Assembly (NCBI GenBank): GCA_051532035.1
Contig: JAOPTW010000036.1
Span: 32,001 to 96,000 of the forward strand
DNA from: Fibrobacterales bacterium
GTDB taxonomy: Bacteria; Fibrobacterota; Fibrobacteria; Fibrobacterales; JAOPTW01
Length of the DNA stretch: 64,000 nt
Direction: 5' to 3'
Below, in pieces: positions 30,074 through 39,267 of the stretch. The notes beneath the pieces were generated by a model. It made no database searches and had not been told where the DNA came from. It saw nothing but the letters and a program-made list of their open reading frames with translations. The position numbers and the translations under genes are program-made. How positions within the stretch are numbered: position 1 is the first letter of the stretch; each line of letters opens with the position of its first letter.

Positions 30074-30103
30074 AGGCTGCCTCAATAGAGGCAGCCTTTT
30101 TTT
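30074..30103 (+). terminator. Intrinsic terminator
   Basis: AGGCTGCCTC-AATA-GAGGCAGCCT followed by a T-tract. Confidence 0.88.
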
Positions 30104-30364
30104 ATTACATAAACGGTATAAGGTAATTTGTATTGCCCCCTCCCCCTCTTCTACAGACGCGTGACTCACCTCCATAGTACGAGTACTACGAAGTGAATCT
30201 AAAGGACTCAGCTATACGTATAAAAGTATATTTGAAGGTTTACTATTATGTGAATGATGTATATAGATTGAAGACTATAAGTCGCTCTTAAGTGTAAGAA
30301 CACTCCATTGAGAAGTCTTCTCAAAGGATACCGAGACAGGCTTAAGGAATAGTATTAAAAATTT

Positions 30365-30739
30365 CTAATGCCCAGCAGGGCAATCATCATGGCTGTTTGC
30401 TGTCGAGTAAAAAAATACTTGTTTATCAAGCCACTCCTCACTCACTTTCTCACATGTAATGAGCGCATCAGTAAGGCATTCACTTACAGCAAAAGTTCCC
30501 GAACAGGCTTCCTCGACTGAATGGAATAAAAATTGTGGAAAATTTGTGTAGTAAATACAACTCGATGGTTTCCCGAGACTATCATTTGTCAGACAACTAT
30601 AAAAATCCGATTCCGGAAGTCCAGTACTTGAAAATCGCTGTTCTTGATTAGAACTTACTGATGTATTTGTTGGGCTATCCTCAGAACATGATATCATGCC
30701 AAGACACAAAACCGGGATAATAAATGTAGTGAGTTTCAT
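30365..30739 (-). CDS. Small Cys-rich hypothetical lipoprotein
   Basis: Lipobox MISC; 6 further Cys and no CxxCH; SD AAGGA. Confidence 0.65.
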   Translation of the reverse strand: MKLTTFIIPVLCLGMISCSEDSPTNTSVSSNQEQRFSSTGLPESDFYSCLTNDSLGKPSSCIYYTNFPQFLFHSVEEACSGTFAVSECLTDALITCEKVSEEWLDKQVFFYSTANSHDDCPAGH

Positions 30740-30898
30740 AATGATCCTTTCATTGCAAAAGTATAGCTAACAGAGAATAACTATTAGTATAGCACTAAAT
30801 ACTGAAATTGCAATATTTGATATAAGAACACTTGTAATTAACAGTAAATAAGAACCTACTCCTTAATTTCCTTAAAACAGTACCGATTCTCCATTTGC

Positions 30899-30946
30899 CA
30901 CCAGATTTGGTGTTGTTACTCGATTATGGTATTAATTAAGTAACAA
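30899..30946. promoter_or_regulatory. Upstream activator sequence shared with the octaheme promoter
   Basis: CACCAGATTTGGTGTTGTTACT (30899-30920) is the exact reverse complement of 28615-28636; ATTAAGTAACAA (30935-30946) is identical to 28611-28622. Confidence 0.7.
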
Positions 30947-30969
30947 TTGCCCCTTTTCAAACATAGTTT

Positions 30970-30986
30970 TTGGTACACATTTCGCT
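30970..30986 (+). promoter_or_regulatory. Sigma-54 (-24/-12) promoter
   Basis: TTGGTACACATTTCGCT = TGG-N10-GC, about 38 bp upstream of the hexaheme gene. Confidence 0.72.
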
Positions 30987-31023
30987 TTAACTACACCATA
31001 GCTCATAATTCAAAGGAACCATC

Positions 31024-32208
31024 ATGAAAAAATTATCACTTACATTAATACTGGCTGCTTCAGCCCTCTTTTGGGGATGTCTCGAAGGTGAAGAAGGAAC
31101 AGCAGGAGTACCAGGAGTTGGATGTGTCACTACAGAAAGTGCAGACAGTCTCACACTGTTAGTTATTTGTGGAACTGATACTTCAAGTATTCCACTCGGA
31201 AAAAATGGAGATGATGGAGCTACAGGTCCAAAAGGAGCTGATGGTGTCGACTATGTAGGTAACGGTGGCGCAAATTGTGCGTCTTGTCACAATGAAGGTA
31301 CTGAGCTCGTAATTCGCCAGCAACAGTATGCAATGTCCACACACGCAACTGGTGGCCATGCAGTACGTGGTAATTCTGCTTCTTGCGCAGGTTGCCACAC
31401 TCATGAAGGCTTTGAGGCGGTCGTTGCATCAGGCGGCACTACTCCAGAAGGCGTCTCTCTTACTGTTGAAGGCTTAACACAACCAAATTGTCGCACGTGT
31501 CACAATATCCACAACGCCTATGACAGTACCGACTGGGCACTTACCGTTGTTCCTACTGATAGTGTTCTTCTCGCAATTACTAGCACTAAATATGCTTACG
31601 GCACAGGTAATGTGTGTGCATCGTGTCACCAACCAAGAAAGGATGTTCCAGTGGCTACAGACTCAGTATCTGTGAGCAAATACTATGGCCCACACCACGG
31701 TCCACAATCTGCAACTCTTAAAGGCGCGGCATCATTCCTCTTCACTGGTGATACTGTGGCAATGCATGCTACTGGTGGACACGGTACCCTCATAGAAAAC
31801 ACTTGTGTAACCTGTCACATGGCTACCCAGCCAGGAGATATAACTACTGAATCTGGTGGACACCAATTTGGTATGAAAAATTCAGATCTAGAAATGAATC
31901 TTGCTGGCTGTGCAATATGTCATTCTGATGCTGATACCCTCGCCATAAAAATTACGGCACTTCAAACTGACATTCAAACACTCATAGATTCAGTTGAAAC
32001 TCTTCTTATAGCTAAAGGGTTAGCCACTGCAGACACTTCTGATACTGGTGTGATCACAGCAGAAGCAGTGAGCAAAAAAGTTATCGGCACAGAAGCTGGT
32101 GCAGTATGGAACTACAAATTAATCTTAGAAGACCAATCGAAAGGTGTTCACAATCCTACTTTTATAAGAAGTGTATTGAACAACACCATCAAAGCACTTA
32201 ACCCTTAA
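31024..32208 (+). CDS. Hexaheme c-type cytochrome lipoprotein with collagen-like linker and NrfA/OmcB-like C-terminal helices
   Basis: Lipobox FWGC; GKNGDDGATGPKGADG; 6 CxxCH; GPHHGPQ; C-terminal GAVWNY...EDQSKGVHNP. Confidence 0.88.
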   Translation: MKKLSLTLILAASALFWGCLEGEEGTAGVPGVGCVTTESADSLTLLVICGTDTSSIPLGKNGDDGATGPKGADGVDYVGNGGANCASCHNEGTELVIRQQQYAMSTHATGGHAVRGNSASCAGCHTHEGFEAVVASGGTTPEGVSLTVEGLTQPNCRTCHNIHNAYDSTDWALTVVPTDSVLLAITSTKYAYGTGNVCASCHQPRKDVPVATDSVSVSKYYGPHHGPQSATLKGAASFLFTGDTVAMHATGGHGTLIENTCVTCHMATQPGDITTESGGHQFGMKNSDLEMNLAGCAICHSDADTLAIKITALQTDIQTLIDSVETLLIAKGLATADTSDTGVITAEAVSKKVIGTEAGAVWNYKLILEDQSKGVHNPTFIRSVLNNTIKALNP

Positions 32209-32228
32209 TTACGTAAGAGCTCAAAATT

Positions 32229-32258
32229 AAAAGGGTGATCATTGATCACTCTTTTTTT
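32229..32258 (+). terminator. Intrinsic terminator
   Basis: AAAAGGGTGATC-ATT-GATCACTC followed by T7. Confidence 0.8.
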
Positions 32259-32380
32259 GTATCTCCTCTTTTCACATAATAAGTATTCTCTCCTACACTT
32301 ACTACAGAACGAGTTATAGATATGAACAACTCTACCTAGTGTTCATACCCCCACCATATTTGATACATAACTTAAGAGAC

Positions 32381-32411
32381 AAAAAAAGCACTCCAAAAAT
32401 GAAGTGCTTTT
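32381..32411 (-). terminator. Intrinsic terminator of the ccs operon
   Basis: A7-GCACTCC-AAAAAT-GAAGTGC-TTTT; T-tract on the minus strand. Confidence 0.7.
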
Positions 32412-32431
32412 AATAGTTGTTTTTGAGTAGA

Positions 32432-34288
32432 TTAAGCTTTCCGTTCTCGCCGTATAATCAATGGCACTACCACCAAAAGAAATACAACCTGAAGACTAAT
32501 ATAAAGTATTAGATTAAAAGCAATTCCAGTGGTAAATCCATACGAATGGAGTCCAACTCCAAGAAGATTAATTCCAAACCATGCAAGCATCACCATAATA
32601 ATACCAATGACTGATGCTATAGCAACTCCAAGTTCTTTAACCCAACCCGCAATACGCATGTGAAAAATTATCGCACTCCAAAGTACAATAAGGAGTGCAC
32701 CATTTTCTTTCGGATCCCAACCCCAGAATCTACCCCAGGATTGATCTGCCCAGATACCGCCAAGAACCGTACCGATAAATGAGAGAGTGAGACCAAATCC
32801 TAAAATTCCAAAAAGCGTTTTATAGGTTTTGGTCAGATCTTCTTTTGATTTTCCAAAAAGCCGTTGCATAAGATATACATGTCCCATAACCCCGGCAGCG
32901 ACACACCCTGCATAACCAAGTGAAATGGCTATCACATGAGTTGCAAGCCAAAAGTTTGAATCGAGAACTGCAACGAGTACCCCCATGGTATCACCCTGAG
33001 AGCTATACTTACCTGAAATGAGGAAGAGCATCAATGCGGTGAGTGTTCCAATTAGATTACCATTACCATTCTTTTGATACTTCTCAACGAGAATACCAAT
33101 GAGTGCTGTAACTGTACCCGTAAATATAAAGGTCTCGAAAAGATTAGTAACGGGTGGACGTTGACTGATATACATTCTAAAGCCAATACCAATTACTCCT
33201 AGAACCGTACCAGAAAGCAGCAGCCAAAAACTGATCCTATTACACACCTTAGGCTTTGCTACAAGGGCAAGAAGTGCAAGGAGTAATCCAAACCCAAAGA
33301 GTATTTTTGCTTTATAAAAGAACTCCCAACTGTTGTAAGTAACTTCGAGATCTATTGCTGAGTAGCGTAGTTCAGGATACCGACCCCGCTCTGCGGATAA
33401 GGCCTTTTGTGCAGCCTCAGTAAAGCCAGCAGCATCACCACCATTAAAGCTTTGAGCCAAAGCCGTCCACTGTTCTAATGCACTCAAAAGCTCTTTACGG
33501 TCGGTTAATCTATGACCAATGATTGCCCATGGACTGAGCCAATACTCTTTATCCAATAAGGCTGGTATTACTCCAAATTGATTTCCTTTATAAAACTCAG
33601 TCCACTCATATAGTGCATAAGAGAAAAGTGACAAAGTGCTATCAGAAGTAGTCCAATTCTCAACCGGTTTTTTTGAAATACTCTCAATGAGTCGTGACAA
33701 TGTATCAGCCTTCTCTCTTATCTCTAAATAACTATAGAGCCCCGTATCAAGGGCTAACAGTTTTGCGGTCTCCTGTGTTTTGACACGAAAGGTCTCATGC
33801 TTCTGTGCAAAGGTAAATGCGGCACTATGCTCTTGGAGTTTTTGAAAGAGTGAATAGACCCGTAAGAACTCTCGTTCTACATCACTTCGCTTTTTTGAAT
33901 CAACCTGCATCACTGCTTGAGCGAGCTCAGTAATGCGCTGCTGAGCCGGGAGCAGGTCTGTGTATGAGTAAGTACGATGCGGATTTCTCTTTACTCCATA
34001 GGCATCAACTACCTGAGGATTATTAATGAGAAAACATTGAGTACTACTCGCCAATGGGTGATTGAAGATTACCATATTCATCCAATCGAGGGCTGAATAT
34101 TTTTCACCTTCAATCTTGATAGTACTCTTACCCGAATACTCCAAAAGCATATGTCGTGCATAGGAGTCAAGTGGTTTATAACGTCCTTCATTTTGAATCA
34201 GTAAGCTCCCATAACTGCTATAATCAAATTGAGGAAACTGTGCAAAAGTAACTGAAATAAATAAGCTGAGTAATAATATTAATTTCAT
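32432..34288 (-). CDS. ccsA: Cytochrome c biogenesis System II heme lyase CcsA with large N-terminal periplasmic domain
   Basis: EGRYKPLDS; RPPVTNLFET; VLDSNFWLATHV; WWD domain GGIWADQSWGRFWGWDPKE; IFH; GLHSYG. Confidence 0.93.
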   Translation of the reverse strand: MKLILLLSLFISVTFAQFPQFDYSSYGSLLIQNEGRYKPLDSYARHMLLEYSGKSTIKIEGEKYSALDWMNMVIFNHPLASSTQCFLINNPQVVDAYGVKRNPHRTYSYTDLLPAQQRITELAQAVMQVDSKKRSDVEREFLRVYSLFQKLQEHSAAFTFAQKHETFRVKTQETAKLLALDTGLYSYLEIREKADTLSRLIESISKKPVENWTTSDSTLSLFSYALYEWTEFYKGNQFGVIPALLDKEYWLSPWAIIGHRLTDRKELLSALEQWTALAQSFNGGDAAGFTEAAQKALSAERGRYPELRYSAIDLEVTYNSWEFFYKAKILFGFGLLLALLALVAKPKVCNRISFWLLLSGTVLGVIGIGFRMYISQRPPVTNLFETFIFTGTVTALIGILVEKYQKNGNGNLIGTLTALMLFLISGKYSSQGDTMGVLVAVLDSNFWLATHVIAISLGYAGCVAAGVMGHVYLMQRLFGKSKEDLTKTYKTLFGILGFGLTLSFIGTVLGGIWADQSWGRFWGWDPKENGALLIVLWSAIIFHMRIAGWVKELGVAIASVIGIIMVMLAWFGINLLGVGLHSYGFTTGIAFNLILYISLQVVFLLVVVPLIIRRERKA

Positions 34289-35415
34289 CCTCGCTCCTTT
34301 TTAAGGCGGTTAATCAAGAGTAAAACAAAGTGAAGTAACAAACCAAATCCGATTATTATACTCGACAGATATGGAATTACTCGTCCTGGATTCTCAACCA
34401 CTTGAAAAATAGAGACTTCACGCCCCATGCCATCTTTTGAAAAAGATGACTGGAAAAAAGTAAACCCATGGGTTCTCAGTGGTTCATTCATAGAAATTTT
34501 AAGCTCACGTTGAATGCCATTCTCTTCGATAGCCACAGTACTCTCATAGGCCTTTGCCATTGATATTCCAGGGTGATCAGTTTTTACAAAATCAATAAGC
34601 TTAATTGCAATAGGGAGTGGAACGGTTGTTCTTGAAAGATGAAACCAATAGTTCTTACTCCCAATTGTTACCGCTGTTGGCTCAGTTTCATATCCCGACA
34701 AGAGTACTTTTTCCTTGGTACCACTGTTATCAAGAGCGCCAGTCAAAAAGAGTATGCCAGGAATATTCTGTGAGATCTCAGGAACAGGTTCCCGCTCTCT
34801 GATAGAAGTAATTCCTGATCCATTAATATACTTTTTCTGTGCATTTAGATTTACAGGAAGTACACCCTCACGTTGTTGCCAGCCAGTAGTATCTTGAAAG
34901 GCCCCTGCATTTATATAATACGCTTCAGGTAATACCGTCACTCCTTGGATTTCAAGAGCAATGGGTGTTCCTGGTTTTAGAAGATCAACGCTTACAGCTG
35001 TTGTTATTTTTTCACCATTGCGTTCCTGAGATACCTTAAGTTCCCAGACGCTATTAATAACAGAAGACGTTTTAACTTCACCTTCAGAAAGAGTGAGGAT
35101 TGACTCCTGTGCAAAATAGTACGTGATGCCAGACCCCACTACCAGAAGCGTTAAACCCCAGTGCATCAAGACTAGACCAGACTTTTTCCAACTGTATTTT
35201 AATACGAGGAGGAGTACACTTAATAAGTTAACTCCGAGTATCATCAATACAAGCTTTGCCCCTGGAAAAGGAAAAAAGAGAAACCATGAGTTAAAAAAGA
35301 CCTGCTGGGCTCTATAGAGTCCATTATCAGTCTGATACAAGGTTCCAAAAAAAGTGAGAATCAGCAACAGTATCAAACACACAGTCGTTAATGAGAGTGA
35401 CGTTAATACTTTCAT
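34285..35415 (-). CDS. ccsB: Cytochrome c biogenesis System II ResB/CcsB protein
   Basis: N-terminal TMs with GTLYQ and GLVLMHWG; ISMNEPL..HGFTFFQSSF; C-terminal TM; ATGA overlap with ccsA; start ATG 35415. Confidence 0.88.
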   Translation of the reverse strand: MKVLTSLSLTTVCLILLLILTFFGTLYQTDNGLYRAQQVFFNSWFLFFPFPGAKLVLMILGVNLLSVLLLVLKYSWKKSGLVLMHWGLTLLVVGSGITYYFAQESILTLSEGEVKTSSVINSVWELKVSQERNGEKITTAVSVDLLKPGTPIALEIQGVTVLPEAYYINAGAFQDTTGWQQREGVLPVNLNAQKKYINGSGITSIREREPVPEISQNIPGILFLTGALDNSGTKEKVLLSGYETEPTAVTIGSKNYWFHLSRTTVPLPIAIKLIDFVKTDHPGISMAKAYESTVAIEENGIQRELKISMNEPLRTHGFTFFQSSFSKDGMGREVSIFQVVENPGRVIPYLSSIIIGFGLLLHFVLLLINRLKKERG

Positions 35416-35449
35416 TACTTTGTTTTTTCGAATCTGAGTACGGAGGGTG

Positions 35450-36103
35450 CTAATTGCCATTTGCAGTATACTCCAGTGAGTTAAGAAGTGCGGCAAAATT
35501 CTTTTTCTGAGCTTTTGCCACATCAGGGGCAGCCATGAATTTGACAAATACCGAATACTCTTCAACTGGAAGAATCGTTACGAGAAAGGTCTTTTCTTGG
35601 GTTGCTTGTAAGGTTAAATCATAGAGATCCCCTTTTACATTAACCCCTTTTACTTTATTCGCAGCATTCTTCACTTTTGCAATAGTCCCCGGGTCAGCAG
35701 GGAGTCCAATTTGTCCGAGCCAGCGTTCAAGATTCGCATCGACTCCTCCTGCCATGCCCCCTAAAATTATAAGAGTTGCTTTGAAACTATTTGTTCCATC
35801 GTCTGGAAAATAGGTTGCAGTGATCATACCGCTACCTTCTTGAACCAACCACCCTTTAGGGAGTTTCCAACTAAACTTTGGGCGGGTATCATTGGTTACT
35901 GTAGCAGGTGCCTGAGGTGCGCCCATTCCTGGTGTATTTTGATCTATAGGTGGGTGCCCTGCGGGCATCTTTGGCATAGCCTTCTGATCAATTGGTGGCT
36001 GTGGTGCCATTGATGCAGGCTTTTCAGTGTATGTTCTGATTTTTTCTTCTTTACATCCGACAATGACAAGAGAGAGTATGGCTATGGCAAAAATGAATTT
36101 CAT
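35450..36103 (-). CDS. Lipoprotein heading the ccs operon, with an MPAGHPPI motif
   Basis: Lipobox IVGC; Pro/Met-rich linker with GHPPI; W.LP.GW; GG...N..RW.GQ.GL; F.KF. Confidence 0.75.
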   Translation of the reverse strand: MKFIFAIAILSLVIVGCKEEKIRTYTEKPASMAPQPPIDQKAMPKMPAGHPPIDQNTPGMGAPQAPATVTNDTRPKFSWKLPKGWLVQEGSGMITATYFPDDGTNSFKATLIILGGMAGGVDANLERWLGQIGLPADPGTIAKVKNAANKVKGVNVKGDLYDLTLQATQEKTFLVTILPVEEYSVFVKFMAAPDVAKAQKKNFAALLNSLEYTANGN

Positions 36104-36284
36104 TACTAATCCTTATATTAATTCCATAAAACAATATAGGAAAAATAGAATTGCCACATTGGGTCTAAATTCAATATTTCAGGTGATATATTTTTATATC
36201 AAACGTGTATTTACCTTCAATAAAAAATCCCTTTTTAAAGTAATTAATCACCATTTTTAACTACTGTCCAGAAAAAGTATCCAT

Positions 36285-36315
36285 AAAAAAAGAGCCTACC
36301 GAAGTAGACTCTTTT
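36285..36315 (-). terminator. Intrinsic terminator of tyrS
   Basis: A-tract-GAGCCTAC-CGAA-GTAGACTC-TTTT. Confidence 0.75.
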
Positions 36316-36339
36316 CAAATAGATAGATAGGTGAGTTAT

Positions 36340-37551
36340 CTAGTGATTCACTTTAAAAAACTTTCGTTTCCCTACCTGAATAACGAGCGCCATCCCCTCA
36401 ACCATAACAACCGTTGAACCCGGATCAGTCACTTTTTCTCCATTAAACTTAACACCGCCATTTTGGATCATACGACGTGCTTCACCTTTTGAGGTAAAAG
36501 CCTTTATCTCAAGAAGAAGCTCGAGAAGACCCATATCACCGGCCGGGAACTGAAATTCTGGAGCATCATCAGGAATTGCGCTGCCACTGTGAATCTTCTT
36601 CTCAGCCTCTTGCGCCTCTTTAGCTGCATCAGCACCATAATATTGAGAAACAATATCAAGTGCAAGATCAATTTTAGCTTGATTTGGGTTTACTGAACCA
36701 TCTTCGATACCCGTCATCATAGTTCTAATATCTTCAATTGATTTGTCGGTCAATAACTCATACCAGTTTTCAATCAAGGCATCAGGGATGTTATAAATTT
36801 TGTGGTACATAGTCTGAGGAGACTCATTGATCCCCACATAGTTACCCAGACTTTTCGACATTTTCTCACGTCCGCATGTCCCGAGTAGAATAGGCATAAA
36901 GAGGCCTACCTGTGGTTCTTCGTCTCGGGCTGCCTGCAGTTCACGTCCACGTAGAACGTTAAATTTTTGATCAGTGCCACCAATCTCAACATCAGACTTG
37001 ATAACCACTGAATCATACCCTTGCATCATTGGGTACATAAACTCGTGAAGAGAAATTGGTTGGCCATTTTTATAACGATTTTGAAAGTCTTGACGTTCAA
37101 GCATTTGAGCAACAGTAATTTGTGACATAAGTTCTGCTACTTTATCAAATTTAAGCTCGCGAAACCAGTCACCATTGTACACAACATTAGTTTTGTCTTC
37201 ATCGACAATTTTAAAGAACTGCTGTTTATACGTCTCAGCGAGCTCCATTACTTCTGCATGAGAAATACGAGGACGCGTCTTGTTTTTTCCTGACGGATCA
37301 CCAATTGTTGCAGTATAGTCACCAATAATTAGGGTTACTTGATGCCCCAGTTCTTGAAATTTTGCCAACTTGCGCATAACAACAGTAAACCCAAGATGGA
37401 TATCGGGAGAGGTTGGATCGATACCGAGTTTAATATTGAGCGGTTTACCCGTTTCAACGGACTTTTCCAGTTTTTTTACAAATGCATCTTCTGGTACAAT
37501 CTCAATAACACCGCGTTTTAAAATTTCAAGTTGTTCTTTTGCACTTAACAT
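36340..37551 (-). CDS. tyrS: Tyrosine--tRNA ligase
   Basis: KLGIDPTSPDIHLG, YPMMQGYDS, GGTDQKFN, KMSKS; C-terminal S4 domain ending QVGKRKF. Confidence 0.97.
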   Translation of the reverse strand: MLSAKEQLEILKRGVIEIVPEDAFVKKLEKSVETGKPLNIKLGIDPTSPDIHLGFTVVMRKLAKFQELGHQVTLIIGDYTATIGDPSGKNKTRPRISHAEVMELAETYKQQFFKIVDEDKTNVVYNGDWFRELKFDKVAELMSQITVAQMLERQDFQNRYKNGQPISLHEFMYPMMQGYDSVVIKSDVEIGGTDQKFNVLRGRELQAARDEEPQVGLFMPILLGTCGREKMSKSLGNYVGINESPQTMYHKIYNIPDALIENWYELLTDKSIEDIRTMMTGIEDGSVNPNQAKIDLALDIVSQYYGADAAKEAQEAEKKIHSGSAIPDDAPEFQFPAGDMGLLELLLEIKAFTSKGEARRMIQNGGVKFNGEKVTDPGSTVVMVEGMALVIQVGKRKFFKVNH

Positions 37552-37554
37552 CTA

Positions 37555-37770
37555 TTACTCACTTTCGTCGAATTCTTCATCGAGGGTTTCAAGAGCCGCC
37601 GTTACATCTTTCTCGGTCTTGGTTAAAATCTGTTTACAGGTCTTGAGCAAGTTTGCCGCTTCAGATACTTGCTCGGCAAGTTCATCAACATTGACCTCTG
37701 ATGAATCAATAGTTTCGAGGATCTCTTCGAGACGCTCCATAGATTCCTGATACGTTACTTTTTTAGCCAC
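37555..37770 (-). CDS. xseB: Exodeoxyribonuclease VII small subunit
   Basis: YQESMERLEEIL...VDEL...A.NLL..C...L...E; directly after xseA. Confidence 0.92.
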   Translation of the reverse strand: MAKKVTYQESMERLEEILETIDSSEVNVDELAEQVSEAANLLKTCKQILTKTEKDVTAALETLDEEFDESE

Positions 37771-39221
37771 TAACTCACCTCTTTGCCGGTAATTTTAGAA
37801 AAAACTGCCCCATCTTTAAACTCTGTGACAAGGATATCCCCCTCACTGAGCCCTGAAAAGTGGGCTAATTCACTCTTTCCATCTTTTTTCTCTATTTTTG
37901 AAATTGAATACCCTCGTTCAAGGGTTCTTTTTGGGTCGAGTGACCGCAAAAGCGCCCCTTTCCCCTTCAAATCTTGTTGTCTAATATCACGTTCACTATC
38001 CCATCGCCGAGTAACATCATTTTTATGCCCAATGATAGCCCGCTGCTCTTCTTTTATTCGATTATCAACCTGGTGAGTCAAGGTGACCCCGAGCCCTTTA
38101 AGGGAACCAAGAGTCGTTTGATAAAAGTTATTCCAAGTATGGTGAAGATTGGAACGGACGGACTCAAAATTGATCTGATGTTGCGTAATGAGTTTAATAG
38201 GCCCCCGCTGCAATCCAATGGTGTGCCGTTTAATTTTTTCTCGCTCAAGAGTCACCAGTTGTGGAGCGCGAGTCAATATTCCTTTACCAACGGTATATAT
38301 AGCGTCACTCTGACTCTGGAGTATCACTTCCCAGGAATACCGAAGTTCACGTTTTATCTCTATAAGTTTTTGCCACTGTGTATCTAATTGCTCAACTAAA
38401 AATCGTGCACATGCGGTGGGGGTAATTTTATTATCCCACGCAACCAGGTCAACAAGGCTGGTATCAATTTGATGACCAATACCAGTTAACACAGGTATCG
38501 AGTAATTGGCGATTTCTACACAAAGTACCTCGCTATCAAAATAGACCAGATCCGTTTTTGATCCACCTCCACGGCAAATACACAGCACATCAAGGCCCTG
38601 TTTTGCTAATTTCCTGAGGGCTTTCAATACCGTTGGCTCTGTTTCGGTGCCTTGCATTTTTGCCGATACCACGGTAATTTCAAAGGCATAATCGCTCTGG
38701 TTAATTATCTCCATAAAGTCATTATGGGCAGCAGAGCCTTCTGCAGTAATCAGGCCAACTTTTAAAGGAGTGATCGAAAGTTCATGTTCCCGGTTTTTAT
38801 CGAAAAGCCCTTTGTTTTTGAGCATTTCAAGAATTTTCTTTCTTGTAACGGCTAGCTCACCCAAGGTAAAGTTGGGGTCGATATCTTTTATGCGCGCCTG
38901 GAATTTCCCTGAAGGGACATAAAAATCAGCTTCGAGAAGGAGCGACACCTTAAGATCAACTTCAAGCTTAAAGGGTTGAACCTCTTTACTCAGCCGATTA
39001 TTCATCGCTTCAAAATCAGAGGTAAACATCATAAGACTTAAGGTGGAAACAGGCCGTGAATCATCCTCTTTGTACTCGGCCATCTGTATATAGACCACTC
39101 GCCCTCGAATATTGAGCTGAGAGATTACCCCATGTACCCATATTTCGGGTACACGCTGTTTAAGCAATTTTTGAATGCTGGTACAGTATTGGGTAACTGA
39201 GTAAGATTTTGATTCGACCAT
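37770..39221 (-). CDS. xseA: Exodeoxyribonuclease VII large subunit
   Basis: SVTQY...IWVHGVIS OB-fold; VGLITA..SAA..DF; RGGGS..DL..FDSE; PVLTGIGH..D; TPTA; LDP..TL.RGYS. Confidence 0.93.
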   Translation of the reverse strand: MVESKSYSVTQYCTSIQKLLKQRVPEIWVHGVISQLNIRGRVVYIQMAEYKEDDSRPVSTLSLMMFTSDFEAMNNRLSKEVQPFKLEVDLKVSLLLEADFYVPSGKFQARIKDIDPNFTLGELAVTRKKILEMLKNKGLFDKNREHELSITPLKVGLITAEGSAAHNDFMEIINQSDYAFEITVVSAKMQGTETEPTVLKALRKLAKQGLDVLCICRGGGSKTDLVYFDSEVLCVEIANYSIPVLTGIGHQIDTSLVDLVAWDNKITPTACARFLVEQLDTQWQKLIEIKRELRYSWEVILQSQSDAIYTVGKGILTRAPQLVTLEREKIKRHTIGLQRGPIKLITQHQINFESVRSNLHHTWNNFYQTTLGSLKGLGVTLTHQVDNRIKEEQRAIIGHKNDVTRRWDSERDIRQQDLKGKGALLRSLDPKRTLERGYSISKIEKKDGKSELAHFSGLSEGDILVTEFKDGAVFSKITGKEVS

Positions 39222-39267
39222 GGAGAGAAATGTAGTAAATTATCTCAAGGCCATTGTTTAGTTATCG

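Noticed and set aside
30104..30364. Possible sRNA or MITE in a 260-bp intergenic region with an imperfect hairpin near 30163-30199
   Set aside because: No second copy in the window, no terminal repeats and no recognisable RNA family
31024..32208. Calling the hexaheme NrfA nitrite reductase
   Set aside because: No CxxCK active-site motif; six hemes, a lipobox and a collagen-like linker; only the C-terminal helices resemble NrfA
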